Source of the DNA: Candidatus Thalassarchaeaceae archaeon
GTDB lineage: Archaea; Thermoplasmatota; Poseidoniia; Poseidoniales; Thalassarchaeaceae
Assembly: GCA_045568235.1 (NCBI GenBank)
Contig: JBJLBJ010000021.1
Span: 66,386 to 130,385, forward strand
Length of the DNA: 64,000 nt
Direction: 5' to 3'
Shown here: positions 59,658 through 64,000 of the stretch, piece after piece
How positions within the stretch are numbered: position 1 is the stretch's first letter
Layout of the letters: each line of letters begins with the position of its first letter
Program-made: the position numbers and the translations under genes
The notes under the pieces: model-generated
Databases searched by the model: none
Told to the model about the DNA's origin: nothing
Seen by the model: the letters and a program-made list of their open reading frames with translations, nothing else

Positions 59658-60866
59658 ATGGTTAGTTCTAATGAAATTATTGAGGTAATTGTTGTCAGCA
59701 TGCGTGATGCTTTTCTTGCAGTCACCGTATTTGTTGCTGCGATGGTTTTTTTGTTCAGTTGGTTACAGTATATTACTGCAGGAAGATTTGTCGATACAAT
59801 TCGAACAAATACTAGATGGCAACCAGTAATTGGTTCTCTCATGGGCATAACTCCAGGATGTGGTGGAGCTATTGTAATGATGCCAATGTACGCGCGTGGT
59901 TATGTCACTTATGGCACCGTAATAGCAACACTGATTGCAACATTAGGAGATGCAGCATTCGTATTAATTGGTGCAGCAGTTACTGATTCATCATTTATAG
60001 CGCCTGTTATTGCTGTACATCTAATTTCATTATTTGTCGGAATTTTTTGGGGTTATCTTGTTGATATCTTGAAAATTACTCCCCGTAATCCCTTAGGAAA
60101 ATTTAGTCCGAATTTTCGAGATAATTTATCACCAGAGATTCTTATTGATGGGAAAAATCAAGATTCTAGAGAAGTATTCGATGACCTAGGAAGAGAAGAT
60201 GGAAAGGGTTGGGGATACATTCTACTTCACCAAGGATATACTGTTTGGTGGATCGTAACTTCTCTAGGACTCATATTCGCAATTATGTTGTTATTTTGGA
60301 GCGCCCAGGATGCAAATTTCGCTCTAGAGATAGATTATAATCCATTGACTTTACATGGATTTATTACTTGGATTGGTTTGATTGGAACTTCTTTATCTAT
60401 TATTCTATATATTTCACAGAAAAATTGGATTGGTGACGATACAGAAGCATCTATCGGCGACAAATTATATTCAATGCGTGAAACATTGATTCATTCTGCA
60501 AGTGAAACTGCATTCGTTACATTTTGGGTGATGTCTGCATATCTAATTTTTGAATTTTCCATGTTATTTTCAGGTATGGATGAGTCTGAACTAGCAATAT
60601 ATGGAGATGGGTTGATTGCAGTAATTATTGCATCATTAATTGGATTGATACCTGGCTGTGGCCCTCAAATAATTGCCATAACAGCATATACAAAGGATAT
60701 AATCTCATTTCCGGCACTCGTAGCAAATGCTATCAGTCAAGATGGAGATGCGCTTTTCCCATTACTGGCAAGGCATCGAGTAGCGAGTTTGTGGGCAACT
60801 ATTCACACCACTATCCCTGCCTTAATTGTCGGAGTTATGTTGATGTTTTTTTCTATTACATTCTAA
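59658..60866 (+). CDS. Polytopic membrane protein, putative 10-TM metal transporter (ArsP_2/DUF2899-like)
   Basis: Duplicated 'G(I/L)(T/I)PGCG' motifs ('GITPGCGGAIVMMP', 'GLIPGCGPQIIAIT'). The family assignment is from memory only. Confidence 0.4.
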   Translation: MVSSNEIIEVIVVSMRDAFLAVTVFVAAMVFLFSWLQYITAGRFVDTIRTNTRWQPVIGSLMGITPGCGGAIVMMPMYARGYVTYGTVIATLIATLGDAAFVLIGAAVTDSSFIAPVIAVHLISLFVGIFWGYLVDILKITPRNPLGKFSPNFRDNLSPEILIDGKNQDSREVFDDLGREDGKGWGYILLHQGYTVWWIVTSLGLIFAIMLLFWSAQDANFALEIDYNPLTLHGFITWIGLIGTSLSIILYISQKNWIGDDTEASIGDKLYSMRETLIHSASETAFVTFWVMSAYLIFEFSMLFSGMDESELAIYGDGLIAVIIASLIGLIPGCGPQIIAITAYTKDIISFPALVANAISQDGDALFPLLARHRVASLWATIHTTIPALIVGVMLMFFSITF

Positions 60867-60871
60867 ATTGC

Positions 60872-61465
60872 CTAATTACGGAAAGAAGATATGAATTCCA
60901 TAAGGATTGAGATATCTTTTTCTGTATCTACATTAAGATGTAAATAATCATCCATTACTTCAAATTTTTTTGGCTTTATTATATCGCGTAAAGGAGTTGT
61001 AGGATTCTGATTTAGAATTTTTTTAACATCTGATTTTGATAATAATAGAGGGTGCCCTCCTTTTCCATCTTTTTCGGGACAAAAGGTATCATCCAAAGAT
61101 ATTAATTTTGATAGGGTTGAAGAAGAAAATCCTGGTCTGTCAACTGGGACCACTAAGGCTTTGAAATTCTTCGAAAAATTTTCAAGAATAAAGTTTAGAC
61201 CGATTTGAAGAGAACCGGTCCTACCAGATTCAGGGTTGTTGTTAGGGATAACTTCTACCTCTTCTGTGAGGTTTTTTATTTCGGAAATTAATTCTTCTCT
61301 AGTTACAATTATGGTTGTAATATTATGTTTTTTAAGCCTTTTAACTAAAAAATTAATTAAAATATCATTATTTATTTTTAATAATGCTTTAGGCCTTCCC
61401 AATCTCTGACTTTTACCAGCAGCTAATATGACTGAAAAAATTGTTTCGTCATTTAAATCTGACAT
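60872..61465 (-). CDS. MobA/MocA-like molybdenum cofactor nucleotidyltransferase
   Basis: 'SVILAAGKSQRLGRPKALL' N-terminal signature and 'LVVPVDRP'. Confidence 0.7.
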   Translation of the reverse strand: MSDLNDETIFSVILAAGKSQRLGRPKALLKINNDILINFLVKRLKKHNITTIIVTREELISEIKNLTEEVEVIPNNNPESGRTGSLQIGLNFILENFSKNFKALVVPVDRPGFSSSTLSKLISLDDTFCPEKDGKGGHPLLLSKSDVKKILNQNPTTPLRDIIKPKKFEVMDDYLHLNVDTEKDISILMEFISSFRN

Positions 61466-61486
61466 AAAACCACTAATTATCCATAT

Positions 61487-62419
61487 TTAACTAAATAGTA
61501 AAGCCATATATGTTAGATATCCAAGAACCATACTAAATCCTACACCTCTCCCTATCTCTCTATTGTTAAGTAGCATTCCACAAACAAATCCAGATGAAAG
61601 TAATAACAACCAAATATCTCCATTAGCAAAATTTGACGATACTACGATTCCTCCTCCTACTATTGAAGCGATTCCTAGGATTCCTAAAATATTCATAACA
61701 TTGGATCCCAATACATTACCAAGGGCAACTCCTTTGTGTCCTCTTAAAGCTGAAATTACAGTGACTGCAAACTCAGGAAGCGATGTGCCAAGTGCGACTA
61801 TAGACAATCCAATTACTGATTCAGAAATACCATATTTATCCATTAGACCAGTTACTCCATCCATCAATAAGTCTGCACCTAACCATACCATTATTCCTCC
61901 ACCTAACAATACTAAAACAGCAAGAGAAAGTTTCTGAGAAAAGATTGAATCATCATCTTCTGAAGTTAAATTGTAATCTTTAGCATGATTGTATGAATAA
62001 GCATAAAAACCAATTAAGAGGATAATCATGAATACTCCTAAAAATTGTGAAATTGAGCCAAATAATGTTGCTCCGACTAAAATTAGTGAAGCGATTAATA
62101 CTGCTACTGCATCTCTTCTTATTCCCTTACCGGGATATTCAGAAGCCCCCAATAAGGCTGCTGAGCCTAATACTAACATCACATTTGAGATATTAGAGCC
62201 AATTATTCCTCCAATAGCAATATCATCTCCGCCTTCTGTATTTAGTGCTTCTAAGACAACCGCTAATTCTGGTAACGAAGTACCAAGTGCAACAATAGTA
62301 AATCCTATTAAAAGTGGAGGTACTTGAAATTTATTAGCTAATGATACTGCTCCTTGAACAAATCCTTCTGCGCCTAGAATCAGAAGGGTGAAACCTAGAA
62401 TGACATAAAGCTCATCCAT
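61487..62419 (-). CDS. Na+/Ca2+ exchanger family (CaCA, YrbG-like) antiporter
   Basis: Two alpha-repeats, 'LGTSLPELAVVLEA' and 'LGTSLPEFAVTVIS', each with 'GSN(I/V)(S/M)N'. Confidence 0.8.
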   Translation of the reverse strand: MDELYVILGFTLLILGAEGFVQGAVSLANKFQVPPLLIGFTIVALGTSLPELAVVLEALNTEGGDDIAIGGIIGSNISNVMLVLGSAALLGASEYPGKGIRRDAVAVLIASLILVGATLFGSISQFLGVFMIILLIGFYAYSYNHAKDYNLTSEDDDSIFSQKLSLAVLVLLGGGIMVWLGADLLMDGVTGLMDKYGISESVIGLSIVALGTSLPEFAVTVISALRGHKGVALGNVLGSNVMNILGILGIASIVGGGIVVSSNFANGDIWLLLLSSGFVCGMLLNNREIGRGVGFSMVLGYLTYMALLFS

Positions 62420-62461
62420 ATGGGTGCATGCGCGAAGGCATTACTCAAGACTATTTGCTAA

Positions 62462-64000
62462 TTATTCGTTACATAGTTGCTCAATATGTCTAACAACTAA
62501 ATCTGAAGTTGGTATAGTGTAATCTTCAAGTGGAGGGGAGAAAGGAACGGGAGTATCTAGTGCACCTATAACTACAGGAGGAGTTTCTAAGTTCCAAAAT
62601 GCTTCTTCAATGATTCTACTTGAAATTGTGTGTGCTAAACCACCCATCCACTGAGATTCCTGCAATATAATCAACCTAGTAGTTCTATTTACAGATTTAA
62701 TGCAAGTTTCAGCATCAAATGGGAGTAATGTACGGAGGTCAATGATCTCCACTTCCAAACCATTTTTAGCAACTTTATCAGCTGCATCAAGGGCGACATG
62801 AATCATAGCACCCCATGTCACTATTGTTATTTCCCTTCCTCCTCTGATTACTTTTGCTTTACCAATAGAATTTTTTCCCTCTGATATTCTTTTATGAACA
62901 GATTTTGTATCTACTAATTGATTTATATTATTTCCCCACCCAGTAGATCCTCCTCTTAATCCGTAAAGCCCTAAATGCTCTAAAAAAATCACAGGATCAG
63001 GTAAAGAATGACTTTCTATCAACATGTCAAAAGCATCCTGAGGAGTACTTGGAAATACTACAATTAAACCAGGATCGTTGATAAACCACGATTCAATGAT
63101 ATTTGCATGAAATGGCCCACTACGTGTTTTCCCTCCTAATGGGATTCTAATTGTAAGTGGTACATTAGCGCCCCATCTCCATCTTAATTGGGCTGCATTG
63201 TTCACTAAAGCATTCATGGCCAATGCAGCGAATCCTCCGAATTGTATTTCTGCTACAGGACGCATTCCTCCTAAAGCAGCACCGGTTGCTGAATTAATGA
63301 TTATAGATTCTGAAAGAGGCATGTCGAGTAATTTATCAGAATGTCCTTTTGCTTTTAATGATAAATTCATCCCAAAAGCCCCAGCAATTTCCATATCTTC
63401 ACCCATGAATACGATATTATCGCCATATTCTTCGGCCAATACTACCATAGCATTTTGAATCGCCCTACTAAATGTCCATGAATTAGGTGCATTTGAAAAT
63501 TCTAAATCTTGTTCCCCTGGTTTAAGAGTTTGAATAGGAAGAATATTACTTGAATTGATTCTATTTATTTGTTGAGAATGGGTTGTAGCATCATGTAATG
63601 ACGTGATTCCTTGAGTTACGCTGTTCCCTTCTGGCCACGGCATTTCTTCCATAATCTTTCTAGAAGAGTCCACATATTCTTTCTCTTCTTCCTGGATTTT
63701 AGATAGGATTTTGTTACTAACTCCTAATTCTATTAATTTATCATTGTGAGTCGATAATGGATCTTTTGAACTCCAATAAGTCAGAAGTTCTCTAGACACG
63801 TATCCAGGAGGATTTCCTGAAGCTGCTCCTAAGTACAGATCGTCATGGTGATGTGCATGGCCACAACCACGCATCGTTTCAACATGTATCAGAGTCGCCC
63901 CCCCGCCATTCAATGAAAACTCCCTTGCAACAGCGGTTGATGCAAAAAAGGCAGAAGGGTCAGACCCGTCTATTGACCATGAAGGTATTCCCATTGCATG
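62462..64000 (-). CDS. 2-oxoacid dehydrogenase E1 component, fused alpha-beta. The N-terminus lies beyond the window.
   Basis: The reading frame stays open to the window edge. The alpha-subunit C-terminal part ('ETMRGCGHAHHHDD') is followed by the transketolase-like beta part ('FMGEDM', 'DMPLSESIIINSATGAALGGMRPVAEIQF'). Confidence 0.8.
   Translation of the reverse strand, partial: HAMGIPSWSIDGSDPSAFFASTAVAREFSLNGGGATLIHVETMRGCGHAHHHDDLYLGAASGNPPGYVSRELLTYWSSKDPLSTHNDKLIELGVSNKILSKIQEEEKEYVDSSRKIMEEMPWPEGNSVTQGITSLHDATTHSQQINRINSSNILPIQTLKPGEQDLEFSNAPNSWTFSRAIQNAMVVLAEEYGDNIVFMGEDMEIAGAFGMNLSLKAKGHSDKLLDMPLSESIIINSATGAALGGMRPVAEIQFGGFAALAMNALVNNAAQLRWRWGANVPLTIRIPLGGKTRSGPFHANIIESWFINDPGLIVVFPSTPQDAFDMLIESHSLPDPVIFLEHLGLYGLRGGSTGWGNNINQLVDTKSVHKRISEGKNSIGKAKVIRGGREITIVTWGAMIHVALDAADKVAKNGLEVEIIDLRTLLPFDAETCIKSVNRTTRLIILQESQWMGGLAHTISSRIIEEAFWNLETPPVVIGALDTPVPFSPPLEDYTIPTSDLVVRHIEQLCNE

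Overview
AT-rich archaeal chromosomal window. Archaeal markers are Orc1/Cdc6, aIF2-gamma, S6e, Dph2, SMC-ScpAB and archaeal-type shikimate genes. The gene content fits a marine planktonic Thermoplasmatota-like euryarchaeon (MGII/MGIII-type): class II HMG-CoA reductase, bacterial-type GpsA, an HTH_10 regulator, a giant S8/RCC1 surface protein, and many lipobox or C-terminally anchored secreted proteins. This taxonomic call is inference only. I support about 50 protein genes and one tRNA-Leu(UAG). I found no rRNA, CRISPR, transposase, integrase or phage genes. Main observations: (1) At 24.2-28.1 kb a 700-aa bilobal lipoprotein carries the hallmark motifs of eukaryotic transferrins in both lobes and sits directly upstream of a PhnC/PhnE-type ABC importer. 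This is my best candidate for something undescribed. (2) The 16.9-24.0 kb stretch is packed with frame disruptions. They hit SMC (in-frame TGA), nadB, a Grx2/GST-like gene, a TPR-membrane gene, gar1 and a secreted protein, while the other ~57 kb reads essentially cleanly. (3) An array of a 17-bp motif forming a long inverted repeat lies at 10.1-10.3 kb, beside an unusual P-loop ATPase/winged-helix gene. (4) Tandem paralogous membrane proteins with shared acidic microsatellite repeats and a helix-hairpin-helix tail lie next to cdc6. (5) A 2189-aa S8 protease/2x RCC1 propeller/Ca-repeat surface protein has DNA-level conserved internal repeats. (6) A molybdenum hydroxylase-family cluster has a Cys-rich insertion in its FAD subunit, like that of 4-hydroxybenzoyl-CoA reductase. 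(7) A RanBP2-like zinc finger with a basic Arg/Ser/Lys tail lies just downstream of a gar1 remnant. All functional calls rest on motif recognition by eye; no searches were run.
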